A DNA stretch of 64,000 nt from an uncultured Thermodesulfobacteriota bacterium (GTDB lineage Bacteria; Desulfobacterota; B13-G15): positions 6,121-70,120 of the forward strand of contig CAZIZI010000005.1 of the NCBI GenBank assembly GCA_964543765.1. Direction: 5' to 3'. Both the position numbers and the translations under genes were made by a program. This document shows, in pieces, positions 44,683 through 55,177 of the stretch. Position 1 is the stretch's first letter, and every line of letters starts with the position of its first letter. The notes under the pieces were generated by a model. It saw nothing but the letters and a program-made list of their open reading frames with translations. It did no database searches and was not told where the DNA came from.

Positions 44683-45797
44683 CTCATCAACTCTAAAGCT
44701 ATCTGTGCAACCCTTTCAGGTGCACCCCTTGGTAAAAGCTCCCTCAAGCGTTCCGAAACAAATTCCATCTCTCCTTTTTTATTTTCGTCCAAAAGCAAAT
44801 TTTTGGCTACTTCGGCTAACTGGGAAGGAGTCGCTTCTCTTTGGATCAGTTCGGGAAAGACCAACTTTCCCAAAAGGAGATTTGGCAAAGCTATAAAGGG
44901 AACCTTTACCAAGGCCTTAGCAAAAAAATAAGAAAGCGGATTTACCTTGTAAATTACCACCATTCTCTTTCCCATAAGGGCTCCTTGTAAAGTGACGGTA
45001 CCAGAAGCTGCTATCACAAGATCAGATGCAGCCATAACCCGAAGAGGGTCGTTCTTTATGATCTTTATTCCCTCTTTTATTTCAAAAAAATCGTCGCTTA
45101 AACCAGGTACAAGGGCTAAAAGCGCTTTGAGGTTTGAAAATTCCCTTTTTAAAAGCTTAACCGTTTCAACCATTACCTTCAGGTGCCTCTTAACCTCTCC
45201 CTTTCTTGAGCCTGGGAAAAGCCCGATGACCTTTTCCTCGGACGTGATTCCTAAAGAGATTCTGGCTTCTTCGGCTGAAGGGGCCTTTTCGATTATTTCC
45301 CTTTGAGGATGTCCCACAAAATGAGCTTCTATGCCGTACTTTTTAAAGAATTCGTCTTCAAAAGGCAAAATCACCGCAAGACGATCCACATACCCCTTTA
45401 ACTTTTTGGCTCTACTTGGCCACCAGGCCCAGATTTGGGGACTAACATAATAAAGTATGGGGATCCCCCATTTCTTTAATTTTTTGGCCAAATGGAGGTT
45501 AAAACCTGGGAAATCTATCAGAATAGAGAGGTTAACTTGAAGGGTTTTTATTTCTTTCTCTATTAACCTTAAGGCCCTCCACAATTTTGGTATTTTCGGA
45601 AAGACCTCAAATAATCCCACCACTGAAAGCTCTTCCATTCTGCATAGGCTTCTTAAACCAGCCTTCCTTAATTCGGGGCCTCCTATTCCAAAGAAATCAA
45701 ATTCGGGGTGTTTTTCCTTAAGGAAGAATACCAGTTGGGCACCGTAAAGATCGCCTGAGGCTTCACCAGCCACGATCAATATGTGTTTTTTCTTCAT
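44679..45797 (-). CDS. lpxB: lipid-A-disaccharide synthase
   Basis: ILIVAGEASGDLYGAQL N-terminal signature. Confidence 0.9.
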   Translation of the reverse strand: MKKKHILIVAGEASGDLYGAQLVFFLKEKHPEFDFFGIGGPELRKAGLRSLCRMEELSVVGLFEVFPKIPKLWRALRLIEKEIKTLQVNLSILIDFPGFNLHLAKKLKKWGIPILYYVSPQIWAWWPSRAKKLKGYVDRLAVILPFEDEFFKKYGIEAHFVGHPQREIIEKAPSAEEARISLGITSEEKVIGLFPGSRKGEVKRHLKVMVETVKLLKREFSNLKALLALVPGLSDDFFEIKEGIKIIKNDPLRVMAASDLVIAASGTVTLQGALMGKRMVVIYKVNPLSYFFAKALVKVPFIALPNLLLGKLVFPELIQREATPSQLAEVAKNLLLDENKKGEMEFVSERLRELLPRGAPERVAQIALELMR

Positions 45798-46699
45798 CCA
45801 GATAAGGCAAGCTTAGAAATCTCTAAAGCCAATTGAAGGGCCTTAAGGCCTTCTTTGGCAGTAACAGGAGGTGATGATCCCTCTTGGATGCTTCTCACAA
45901 ACGCCTCTATTTCCTCTTTTAATGCATCCTTTTTTTTACCCCCTTTTTTGATAAGTCCATTCTCTTTAAAAACGAAGCTATGGTTTAAAAGATCCAAAGT
46001 TAACTCACCTTGTTCCTTTATAAAATGGATGTTCCTCACTTTTTGTTGAGCTACCCTGCTTGAGGAAAGCCTTATCTCCACCCCTTCTTCCGTTTCGATG
46101 ATCGCCTGGGCTTCGTCAATAAAAGGAGTTTTCACCCTTTTACCCCATGCCTTAAGTCTTTTAGGCTTTACTCCCACTAGATACTCCAAAAGATCAAGAT
46201 CATGGATCATTAGGTCCAATATCACATCTATGTCGAAATTCCTCTCTGTCCAAGGCGAATGCCTTATCACCTCCACCCTTTTTATGTCCTTTAAGAAGTC
46301 CCAAATGCCTTCCAATGCCCCATTGAACCTTTCAAGATGACCTATTTGTAGTATCAAATTACGGCTTTTTGAGATCTCCTCAAGATGCAGGGCCTCTTCA
46401 AGATTTGAAGTCATGGGTTTCTCTAAAAGTACATGCGTCCCATTGAGGAGGAAATCCTTGGCTATTTTATAGTGAACGGAAGTGGGAGTGGCAATACTTA
46501 CGGCCTCCACCTCCCCCAAAAGTTCTCGGTAATCAAAAAATGGCCTACTTCCTACCTTCCGAGCCACCTCTTGGGCCCTTTCGGGCAAAATATCCACAAC
46601 TCCTACCAGCTCCACTTGGGGCATGGAAGCAAACTTTTGAGCATGAAGTTCTCCCCATCTTCCTACCCCAATTACCGCTATCTTTAGCTTTTCCTTCAT
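45794..46699 (-). CDS. Gfo/Idh/MocA-family NAD-dependent oxidoreductase (candidate UDP-GlcNAc 3-dehydrogenase GnnA)
   Basis: KIAVIGVGRWG Rossmann motif and EKP motif. Embedded between lpxB and fabZ-lpxA. Confidence 0.6.
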   Translation of the reverse strand: MKEKLKIAVIGVGRWGELHAQKFASMPQVELVGVVDILPERAQEVARKVGSRPFFDYRELLGEVEAVSIATPTSVHYKIAKDFLLNGTHVLLEKPMTSNLEEALHLEEISKSRNLILQIGHLERFNGALEGIWDFLKDIKRVEVIRHSPWTERNFDIDVILDLMIHDLDLLEYLVGVKPKRLKAWGKRVKTPFIDEAQAIIETEEGVEIRLSSSRVAQQKVRNIHFIKEQGELTLDLLNHSFVFKENGLIKKGGKKKDALKEEIEAFVRSIQEGSSPPVTAKEGLKALQLALEISKLALSG

Positions 46700-47916
46700 C
46701 GAGTAATTCCCCTTTTGCTACCTTCGAGAAACTCCACCAGATCCTTAACCTCAGGATAGGTGAAAAGCTCGCTATTTTTGATTTCCTCTATACACCCTTT
46801 TAAAGGCTTTGAAGAACGGAAAAGTATCTTATAGGCTTTTCGAAGGGCCCTTATGACCTCATCGGAAAAGCCGTTCCTTTTGAGATTGGTCACGTTAATA
46901 CCATATAATTTAGCCCTTATGCCTGAAGCTGTAACATAAGGAGGTATGTCCTTGGGTACTGCTGTGGCACCCCCTATGAAGGCGAATTTCCCTATTCTCA
47001 CGAATTGATGTACCGCTGCCACCCCTCCTATTATAGCATGATCCCCCACCGTTACATGACCTGCAAGTTGCGCTGCGTTTGCCATTATGACGAAATCGCC
47101 AAGTTGGCAGTCATGAGCCACATGGGCATAGGCCATGATGAAGTTATTATTCCCTACTTTTGTTAAACCGCCTCCAAAACTTGTACCTCGATGAATGGTC
47201 ACAAACTCCCGAATCACCGAATTGTCACCGATTATGACACTGGTCTTTTCACCTTGATAACGGATGTGTTGAGGAGGTGTACCTATGGATGCATGGTGGA
47301 AAATCTGACAATTTTTACCTATGACAGTTCCTTGATCTATTACCACATGGGATCCAATCCAAGTGTTCTCACCGATTTTAACGTCTTCTCCAATAATGGA
47401 ATAGGGTCCTATCTCAACCCCTTCGGCTAATTCACAGGAGGGATGAACTATTGCGGTAGGGTGTATTTGGGGGGATTTGGATTTATTTTCTCGAATCATA
47501 GCCATTATCTCGGCCTCAGCCACAATTTGTCCATTTGCCTTGGCTTTTCCTCGGAAAACCCATATGTTCCCCCTTCTTTTCACCGTCTCCATTTCCAAAA
47601 GCAACTGATCACCGGGTAAAACCGGCCTTCTGAATTTGGCTTCCCTTAGGGCCATGAGGTAAACCCCCTTGCCCTCGGCCTCCTCTCCCATGGCCTTATA
47701 CGCCAAAATCCCCGCTGTTTGAGCCATGGCTTCGATTATCAACATACCGGGCATCAATGGGTCACCCGGAAAATGGCCCGGGAAAAAGGCCTCGTTGTAA
47801 GTGATGCTTTTCAACCCCACAATTCTACGGGGAACTTCTATCTCAATCACTCGATCTACAAGCAGAAAGGGAAAGGCATGAGGTAAAATTTGCATGATCT
47901 CTTTAATGTCCATCAT
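46696..47916 (-). CDS. lpxA: fused 3-hydroxyacyl-ACP dehydratase FabZ / UDP-GlcNAc O-acyltransferase LpxA
   Basis: Residues 1-145 form a FabZ hot-dog fold (LPHAFPFLLVDRV, HFPGDPLMPG). Residues 150-406 show LpxA hexapeptide repeats and its C-terminal helical domain. Confidence 0.85.
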   Translation of the reverse strand: MMDIKEIMQILPHAFPFLLVDRVIEIEVPRRIVGLKSITYNEAFFPGHFPGDPLMPGMLIIEAMAQTAGILAYKAMGEEAEGKGVYLMALREAKFRRPVLPGDQLLLEMETVKRRGNIWVFRGKAKANGQIVAEAEIMAMIRENKSKSPQIHPTAIVHPSCELAEGVEIGPYSIIGEDVKIGENTWIGSHVVIDQGTVIGKNCQIFHHASIGTPPQHIRYQGEKTSVIIGDNSVIREFVTIHRGTSFGGGLTKVGNNNFIMAYAHVAHDCQLGDFVIMANAAQLAGHVTVGDHAIIGGVAAVHQFVRIGKFAFIGGATAVPKDIPPYVTASGIRAKLYGINVTNLKRNGFSDEVIRALRKAYKILFRSSKPLKGCIEEIKNSELFTYPEVKDLVEFLEGSKRGITR

Positions 47917-48953
47917 CTGGATTCCCCTTTTAATTTTTCTTCAATAAGGCTTATTCTTTCCTCAAGCTCTTTTAGGGATTTCCTCAACTCTGGAAGCTTA
48001 ACCAATTCAGCTGCCACCCTCATCCATCTCCCATGCGGCATCTGAGGCACACCGCCCACCTTTTCGTTGGGTTCCACATCCCTGAATATCCCCGCTTTGC
48101 CCGATACCTTGACTTCATCCCCAATTTTAACGTGATCCGATATTCCCACCTGACCCCCTATAATGACACCCCTCCCAATGACCGTACTTCCTCCTATTCC
48201 AACTTGAGCCACAATGAGGCAATTCTCCCCTATGGAGACGTTATGCCCTACTTGGACGAGATTATCTATTTTGGTTCCTCTTCCTATTTTGGTCCAACCA
48301 AAGGTGGCCCTGTCTATTGTACAGTTGGCCCCAATCTCCACATTATCCTCGATCTTAACCCCCCCTATTTGAGGGATTTTAAAGACGGCATCTCCCTCTT
48401 TAAGATACCCAAACCCATCAGAACCTATGACAGTTCCCGCGTGAATTATAACCCTTTTGCCTATGATTGTTCCTTCGTAAAGGACAACGTTAGGATAAAG
48501 GATGCTCTCTTCTCCGATTTTTACCCTTGAACCCACATAAACACCCGGATAAAGGATGACTCGATTGCCAATCTCCGCTTCATCCCCTACGTAAACAAAT
48601 GGACCTATATAAACGTCTTGGCCAATCTTAGCCGAAGGACTGATCCAACAATGGGGGGAGATGGAAGGGGAAGGAAGCTTTGTAGGATAAAACTTTTCCA
48701 TAAGCTTCACGATTCCCAAGTAAGGATTGGGAAGGATTATCAAAGGTATAGGCGAGTCCACTTCTTTAAAAACTATAGCCGCCGAAGCCCGGGTGGAAAA
48801 AAGGAACTTCAAGTACTTTTCTGAGCCCACAAACGTCAAATCGCCTTCCTCAGCTTCCTCAATACCCTTAATGCCCCTCACCTTAATTGAAGGGTCCCCA
48901 ATTAACCTCCCTCCCAAAATCTGGGCGATCTCCCCTAAGGTCAGTTCCCTCAT
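47913..48953 (-). CDS. lpxD: UDP-3-O-acylglucosamine N-acyltransferase
   Basis: LpxD N-terminal domain plus left-handed beta-helix hexapeptide repeats. Confidence 0.9.
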   Translation of the reverse strand: MRELTLGEIAQILGGRLIGDPSIKVRGIKGIEEAEEGDLTFVGSEKYLKFLFSTRASAAIVFKEVDSPIPLIILPNPYLGIVKLMEKFYPTKLPSPSISPHCWISPSAKIGQDVYIGPFVYVGDEAEIGNRVILYPGVYVGSRVKIGEESILYPNVVLYEGTIIGKRVIIHAGTVIGSDGFGYLKEGDAVFKIPQIGGVKIEDNVEIGANCTIDRATFGWTKIGRGTKIDNLVQVGHNVSIGENCLIVAQVGIGGSTVIGRGVIIGGQVGISDHVKIGDEVKVSGKAGIFRDVEPNEKVGGVPQMPHGRWMRVAAELVKLPELRKSLKELEERISLIEEKLKGESR

Positions 48954-49471
48954 GGCTTCTTGGCGTCAAGGGCCTTTATGACTTCATTGGTCAAATCGAT
49001 CTCCGGAGGAGCATAAAGGATGAAGCTTCTTTGCTTTTCCAATATGAGGGTATAGCCCTTACTTTTGCCGATATTTGCTATTATACCCTCTATTTCCTTT
49101 AGTATTTCAGCCACTGCTTTACGTTCCATTTCTTGAAGTTCTTGTTGCGAATCGCTAACAAACTGTTCAAGTTGCCTTCTTTTTTGATCGAATTGCTTTT
49201 GTTTTTCCTTTAAAACAGTTTCACTCATCAAAGAACCTTTCTTTTCTATTTCGTCCCTTAAAACGTTTAATTCTTGTTGCATCTGTTGAAATTGCCGATC
49301 AAGTTCTTTGCCTCTCGCTTCTATTTTCGCCTTTGCTTCTTGCCCCTTTTTGGATTCACTTAACACCCGTTGTACATCCACATAACCGATTTTAAGCTGT
49401 TGAGCGAAACTCAGAGAACATAGAGATAAAACGGAGAAAGCCACTACCCATTTTACCAATCTCATTTCCAT
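48950..49471 (-). CDS. skp: periplasmic chaperone Skp (OmpH)
   Basis: Signal peptide, KIGYVDVQRVL and long coiled-coil region. Positioned between bamA and lpxD. Confidence 0.85.
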   Translation of the reverse strand: MEMRLVKWVVAFSVLSLCSLSFAQQLKIGYVDVQRVLSESKKGQEAKAKIEARGKELDRQFQQMQQELNVLRDEIEKKGSLMSETVLKEKQKQFDQKRRQLEQFVSDSQQELQEMERKAVAEILKEIEGIIANIGKSKGYTLILEKQRSFILYAPPEIDLTNEVIKALDAKKP

Positions 49472-49501
49472 CCTCCTTTTAGGATTTGTTTTTTTCCAAT
49501 T

Positions 49502-51748
49502 TTAGTACATTATACCCACTGCGAAATCCCATACCCCCCTCTTCTCCCCCTTTTTGGGGAAGAGATTATATCCCCAGTCTATCCTTATTGGCCCTAAAGG
49601 TGAATACCATCTTATTCCCGCTCCTACCGCGTGCTTTAAAGGTGTAATGTCCTTCCATTCGTCAAATCCCTTACCCACATCGTAAAACAAGGCGAGCTTG
49701 AGTCCAAGCTCTTTGCTTAAGGGATAAAGGAATTCGAAGTTAAACACCACCATCTTTAAAGCCCCTATAGGTTCCTTATTCTCATCCACTGGTCCTGCCA
49801 TGCCGTACTCGAAGCCTCTTATAGTCCTTAAACCTCCCACGTAAAACTTTTCGCCAAGGGGTATCTTTTTTCCCCCGTACTCCTCTATGATCCCGAGTTT
49901 ACTCCGGAAGTTAAAGACTAAGTCTCCTTTTATGGGTTTGAAATAACTTATTGAAAGACTCGCCCTAAGAAAATCCACATCACCCCCAAGAAACCTTCCC
50001 GCGTTGGTTAAGGTGAAATCGTTGTCCCATCCTAGGGTAGGACTGAAAGGATCATCTAATGTCCAGTAGCTAAAACTCAAGGTGGCTTTACTTGTGGTGC
50101 TTACTCCTTGGTAGGATTTAATGTACTCCGAAGCATCTTCGCTTACGTTGAAGACCTTTTGTCTTTCATAACGGTAAGAAAGGCTAACGCTTAAGCGATC
50201 CGTTAACTCCTTGCCAATTACTACGTCTCCTCCCCTTATACGATAATCATAAGTGGTATACTTATAAGTTTCATTGAAGAGGTCGAAACCTATTGAATAA
50301 GAGGAATCCAAAAACCTTGGGTCACTAAAGCCGAGGGAAAATTCGTTCATCTTCCCTCCGAGGGTGGCCTTTAAGTAGCCTCGATAGGCCCTTCCAAAGA
50401 GGTTCTTTTCGGATACTGAGATCATTCCCACCAAACCGTGGACCGAGCTATAACCGCCTCCGAATTGAAAGGCACCTGTTGGCATCTCTTCTACCTTCAC
50501 ATCCAAATCAAGCACATTGGGCCTTGCCCCTGGTACGGGATTAAAAGTCACTTCTTTAAATATGCCTAATCTTTTGATCCTCTTTTGGCTCTCCCTCATT
50601 TTAACGGCGCTATAGGTCTCACCTTCTGAAAGCTTTATCTCCCGCCTTATGACCTTGTCGTGGGTTTTGGTGTTTCCATGGATGTGGACGCGGCCAAGGT
50701 ATACCTTTTCTCCTGGTTCTACTTGGAAAACCACTTTTACGAGGCCTTTCTCTGGTTCCCGAAAACTAAGAGGCCGAACCTCTACAAAGGCATACCCTTT
50801 ATCCGCATAATAATCCACTAATTTTGAAACATCCCTTTCCACCTGGGAGATGCGATAAACCTTATTTGGTTTGGTCTCGAGCTTGACCTTCTTGAGGATT
50901 TTTTCCTTAGTCTCAATGAGTTCACCTTGAAGGTCTACAGTTCCCACCTTATAAGGGATTCCTTCCTCGATTTTTATTTCGATAAAAAGGTACTTACCAT
51001 CTCGTGAGGAGTTTATTTTGGGTTCATCGATTTTGACATCAAGGTACCCATTGTCCTGATAAAAATACCTTATACGTTGAAGGTCAACTTGTAAGATCTC
51101 TTTATTAAAAGTTCCCGATTTGGTTAACCAGCTTAGCCAATCCTTCTCCTTGGTTTGCATCAATTTTTTTAGGGTTCGAGAGCTAAAACTCCTGTTTCCC
51201 ACAAACCTTATCTCCCTTATAGCCCCCTTGGGCCCCTCATATATGTCTATGAAGACCCTTACTTCGTTATCGGGAAGTTCTTCCACTTCACTCTCAATGG
51301 AGGCCGTATAAAACCCCTTAGAAGCGTAAAGATTTTTCAAAGCCTCTTCGGTTTCTCGGAGCAACTCTTCTTCGAAAAACTCGCCTTTTTTTATCCTTGA
51401 AACCCCTTCGATCTCTTCCCGTTTCAACCTTTGGTAACCTGAGATGATTAAATCTTTGACCTTTGGCTTTTCTTGAACGATATAAGTTAAAATCACCCCG
51501 TCTTCTTTTTCCTCCAAATGGACCCTTATGTCGCGAAAATATCCGAGTGCGTAAAGAGCCTTTACGTCGTCAGAGACCACCTCTTTATCGAACGGTTCAT
51601 TTTCTTTGCTTTTTATCGTCCTTAGGATTACTTCCTTTTCTATTTTCACATTCCCCACAATTCTTATTTCCTTTATTGGCTTTTCACAAAGGCCCAAAGT
51701 CGGAAGAAGCGTCATAAGAAGGATTAACCAGGCCATTTTATTTACCAT
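49502..51748 (-). CDS. bamA: outer membrane protein assembly factor BamA
   Basis: 748 aa with signal peptide, POTRA repeats, C-terminal beta-barrel and terminal aromatic residue. Confidence 0.9.
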   Translation of the reverse strand: MVNKMAWLILLMTLLPTLGLCEKPIKEIRIVGNVKIEKEVILRTIKSKENEPFDKEVVSDDVKALYALGYFRDIRVHLEEKEDGVILTYIVQEKPKVKDLIISGYQRLKREEIEGVSRIKKGEFFEEELLRETEEALKNLYASKGFYTASIESEVEELPDNEVRVFIDIYEGPKGAIREIRFVGNRSFSSRTLKKLMQTKEKDWLSWLTKSGTFNKEILQVDLQRIRYFYQDNGYLDVKIDEPKINSSRDGKYLFIEIKIEEGIPYKVGTVDLQGELIETKEKILKKVKLETKPNKVYRISQVERDVSKLVDYYADKGYAFVEVRPLSFREPEKGLVKVVFQVEPGEKVYLGRVHIHGNTKTHDKVIRREIKLSEGETYSAVKMRESQKRIKRLGIFKEVTFNPVPGARPNVLDLDVKVEEMPTGAFQFGGGYSSVHGLVGMISVSEKNLFGRAYRGYLKATLGGKMNEFSLGFSDPRFLDSSYSIGFDLFNETYKYTTYDYRIRGGDVVIGKELTDRLSVSLSYRYERQKVFNVSEDASEYIKSYQGVSTTSKATLSFSYWTLDDPFSPTLGWDNDFTLTNAGRFLGGDVDFLRASLSISYFKPIKGDLVFNFRSKLGIIEEYGGKKIPLGEKFYVGGLRTIRGFEYGMAGPVDENKEPIGALKMVVFNFEFLYPLSKELGLKLALFYDVGKGFDEWKDITPLKHAVGAGIRWYSPLGPIRIDWGYNLFPKKGEKRGVWDFAVGIMY

Positions 51749-51760
51749 TTTTAACCTCCT

Positions 51761-52450
51761 TTAGCTCCTTTCCTCCTTGATTAACAGACCATCAGCCATA
51801 TAAAGCCTTCTGGGAAAGAAGAAAGCCAATTCCAAATTGTGAGTCACTACTACCACCGTTGTCCCGTAAGAGCGATTAAAGTCCTGTAAGATCGCTATTA
51901 GTTTTTTGCCCGTTTTGGAATCCAAATTTCCCGTGGGTTCATCGGCAAGAACTATCTTAGGGTTCATCACTAAGGCTCGAGCTAAAGCCACTCTTTGTTG
52001 TTCCCCTCCGGAGAGCTCTCCAGGTCGGTGTTTAAGCCTAGAGCCTAAATCCAGTCTTTCCAAAATTTCTTTAGCCCGTTTAACAGATTCTTGGTAAGAA
52101 AGACCCGCCAAAAGACAGGGGACCATCACGTTTTCTAAAGCGTTGAGGTCAGGAAGAAGGTAATGAAATTGAAAGAGAAACCCCATTTCCTTGTTTCTCA
52201 ATGAAGAGAGTTCCTCCTCCCTTAAATCCTCTACAGCTCGTCCTCGGTACTTAACGGATCCAGAGGTGGGCCTTTCCAAAGTCCCGAGAATATGTAAAAG
52301 CGTGCTTTTCCCCGCCCCTGAGGCTCCCAGTATGGCTATCATCTCGCCTTCTTTTATACTCAGATCGATCCCCTTAAGGGCCCATATCTCTTCAGATCCA
52401 AGTCGGAATACCTTCGTAACGCGAGATGCTATAAGTAACTCCTCACTCAT
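51761..52450 (-). CDS. lolD: lipoprotein-releasing ABC transporter ATP-binding protein
   Basis: [25 protein letters not shown]; paired with an FtsX-type permease gene. Confidence 0.8.
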   Translation of the reverse strand: MSEELLIASRVTKVFRLGSEEIWALKGIDLSIKEGEMIAILGASGAGKSTLLHILGTLERPTSGSVKYRGRAVEDLREEELSSLRNKEMGFLFQFHYLLPDLNALENVMVPCLLAGLSYQESVKRAKEILERLDLGSRLKHRPGELSGGEQQRVALARALVMNPKIVLADEPTGNLDSKTGKKLIAILQDFNRSYGTTVVVVTHNLELAFFFPRRLYMADGLLIKEERS

Positions 52451-53675
52451 ACCTTAAGACCTCTACTGGATCTAGATTTGATGCTTTCCAAGCTGGGTAA
52501 AGCGATGAGAGAAGGCTTAATGAAAGGGCCAAGATCACAATAGCTACTGTATCCGTTAAATCCAGCTTTGATGGGACTTCCGTGATGTAATAGACATCTG
52601 GAGGCAGGAATTTAAGTCCGAATAAAGTTTCAAGCATATTGGCGATTCTCGAAATATTTAAAGACAGAATAATACCACCAAGGGTTCCGATAAAGGTTCC
52701 TATGGTGCCTATCAAAAGGCCTTGATAGAGGAATATCTTCAGGATGGTCTTCTTTTGAGCTCCCATCGACCTTAGGATGGCTATTTCTCGTCTTCTCTCC
52801 ATAACACTCATCATAAGGACGCCAATTATGTTGAAGGCTCCGACCGCCACAATTAGCGAGAGCAGGATAAACATCACCCTTCTTTCCATCCTTAAAGCGT
52901 AAAACAAGTTCTTGTTCATCTCCATCCAATCCCGGGTGAAAAAGAAACCTCCCAAAAGCCTTTGGATCTGTTTTGACACCCTATGGGCTTGATAAATATC
53001 CTTCACCCTTATGGCAAGATGGGTGACCTTATTATTCAAAGAGAGAAAACTTTGAACATCCTCAAGGGGAGCTAAGATTAAAGCCACATCGTAATCGTAC
53101 ATACCTGCTTGAAAGATGCCGCTTATTACTACGTCTTTTACTCTCGGGATCATGCCAAAAGGATGAAACCTTCCCGAAGGTGAGACTAACCTCAACCGAT
53201 CCCCAACCCTTACGCCCAGAATTTTTGAAAGCTCAACTCCTACCCAAACTTCACCGCTTTTTAAGTTCCTTTCGCCATCCAAAAGTTTTTCCTGAAGATA
53301 TGAAAGTTCCGGGGCCTCACGGGTTATCCCTCTTAAAACCGCACCGGAACTCGCGTAGTCCGAACTTACTATAATTTGGGTCAAAACCATGGGGCTTAAA
53401 GAACTTATTTCTTTTAAACCCTTGAGCTTTTTGCTCGCTTCCTCAGGTAAAAAGGGGCCTTGGTGATTTAATACTAACACATGGGCCGAAAGGGCCAAGA
53501 TTTTCTCCTTTATTGCCTCTTGGAAGCCGTTCATAACCGATAAGACTACTATGAGGGCTATTACGCCAAGACTCACCCCTAACAGGCATATGAAGGTTGC
53601 TATTGATATGAAACGTTCCCTTTTTTTCGACTTCAGATGCCTCAGTGACAAAAAAAGCTCGAAAGAAGGCCTCAA
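52443..53675 (-). CDS. lolC: lipoprotein-releasing system permease (LolC/LolE, FtsX family)
   Basis: 410 aa, 4 TM helices with a large periplasmic loop and FtsX C-terminal domain. Confidence 0.75.
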   Translation of the reverse strand: MRPSFELFLSLRHLKSKKRERFISIATFICLLGVSLGVIALIVVLSVMNGFQEAIKEKILALSAHVLVLNHQGPFLPEEASKKLKGLKEISSLSPMVLTQIIVSSDYASSGAVLRGITREAPELSYLQEKLLDGERNLKSGEVWVGVELSKILGVRVGDRLRLVSPSGRFHPFGMIPRVKDVVISGIFQAGMYDYDVALILAPLEDVQSFLSLNNKVTHLAIRVKDIYQAHRVSKQIQRLLGGFFFTRDWMEMNKNLFYALRMERRVMFILLSLIVAVGAFNIIGVLMMSVMERRREIAILRSMGAQKKTILKIFLYQGLLIGTIGTFIGTLGGIILSLNISRIANMLETLFGLKFLPPDVYYITEVPSKLDLTDTVAIVILALSLSLLSSLYPAWKASNLDPVEVLRYE

Positions 53676-55144
53676 GGTTTTTTCCTCATGTGGGGAAAGA
53701 GAATTACATCCCTTATAGAGGGAGAATCGGTAAAAAGCATGACCAAACGATCGATGCCTATTCCTTCGCCAGCTGTGGGAGGAAGCCCATATTCCAAGGC
53801 CAAAAGGAAATCCTCATCTATCAACCCCTCCCATTCCTCCAAGTTCCTCTTTTTCAACTGTTCTATAAACCTTTGCCTTTGGTCTTCGGGATCGTTCAAT
53901 TCGGTAAAACCGTTGGCTATCTCCTTTCCTAAGATGAAAAGCTCAAACCTCTCTACGAACCTTGGGTCATCGGTCTTTCTCCTGGCAAGTGGGGAAACTT
54001 CAACGGGATAATCGATTATGAAGGTGGGTTGGATCAAATGAGGTTGAACCAATTCTTCGAAAAGCAGATTGATCAACTCCCCGTGGGACTCATCGCCCTC
54101 TAATTTTAGTCCTAAACCCTTACAAGTCTCCAAAGCCTTGAGAGGGTCTCTTACCTCTTCATCTAAGCCCCTTTGAATTAAGGCTTGGACCATGGGGATC
54201 TTGGGCCAGGGTGGAGTGAGGTCAATTTCGATTCCCTGATAACTTATTTTGAGGGATCCGTTTGTCTTTTGGGCTATTTCACAGAACAATTCTTCCGTAA
54301 GATGCATTAAATCTTCATAATTGCTGTAAGCCTGGTAAAACTCGATCATCGTGAACTCGGGGTTATGAAGGCTTGAAACCCCTTCGTTCCGAAAGTTTTT
54401 CCCTATCTCAAAGACCTTTTCAAACCCTCCAACTACAAGCCTTTTAAGATAAAGTTCTGGTGCGATCCTCAAATAGAGCTCCATTTCCAGGACATTATGA
54501 TAGGTCTTAAAGGGTTTGGCCCGGGCTCCTCCGGGTATAGTTTGAAGGATAGGAGTTTCTACCTCGAGGAAGCCCCTTTTTATGAAAAATTCCCTTATCA
54601 TTTGGATGATAAGGGTACGCTTTCGAAAGGTCTCCCTTACGTGAGGATTTACGATTAGATCAAGGTATCTTTGACGATAACGGATCTCCACATCCTTTAA
54701 AGCATGCCATTTTTCGGGTAAGGGCCTTAGTGACTTACACAGAAGTTTAAACCAATGGACCTCCAGGGTTAACTCACCTGTTCGAGTCTTAAAGGGTTTG
54801 CCTCGGACGGCTATTATGTCTCCTATATCGAGCTTTTTGAAGAACTTTAGGACCTCTTCACCAAGGGTGTTTTTCCCAAGATAGATTTGGATGCGCCCTT
54901 CTTGGTCCTGAATATGAGAAAAAACAGCTCCTCCAAAATCCCTTATGCTCATTATCCTTCCGGCAATTAGATATTCTTCCTTTAAGTCTTGAAGTTCCGA
55001 TGTCGATAAATGGCCGTAGCGATCTTTAAGGTCTTTGGAACTACAATCGACTTTGAACCCTCTCGGATAAAGCTCTATACCCTCTTCTTTTAGCCTCTGC
55101 GCTTTTTCCTTCCTCTGTTTTAAAAGCTGGCTCTCCTCCATCAT
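53672..55144 (-). CDS. lysS: lysine--tRNA ligase (class II)
   Basis: N-terminal OB-fold followed by a class II catalytic core. Confidence 0.9.
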   Translation of the reverse strand: MMEESQLLKQRKEKAQRLKEEGIELYPRGFKVDCSSKDLKDRYGHLSTSELQDLKEEYLIAGRIMSIRDFGGAVFSHIQDQEGRIQIYLGKNTLGEEVLKFFKKLDIGDIIAVRGKPFKTRTGELTLEVHWFKLLCKSLRPLPEKWHALKDVEIRYRQRYLDLIVNPHVRETFRKRTLIIQMIREFFIKRGFLEVETPILQTIPGGARAKPFKTYHNVLEMELYLRIAPELYLKRLVVGGFEKVFEIGKNFRNEGVSSLHNPEFTMIEFYQAYSNYEDLMHLTEELFCEIAQKTNGSLKISYQGIEIDLTPPWPKIPMVQALIQRGLDEEVRDPLKALETCKGLGLKLEGDESHGELINLLFEELVQPHLIQPTFIIDYPVEVSPLARRKTDDPRFVERFELFILGKEIANGFTELNDPEDQRQRFIEQLKKRNLEEWEGLIDEDFLLALEYGLPPTAGEGIGIDRLVMLFTDSPSIRDVILFPHMRKKP

Positions 55145-55177
55145 AGACCCTAAAACTAACCCATTTTTGTGAGGTTA

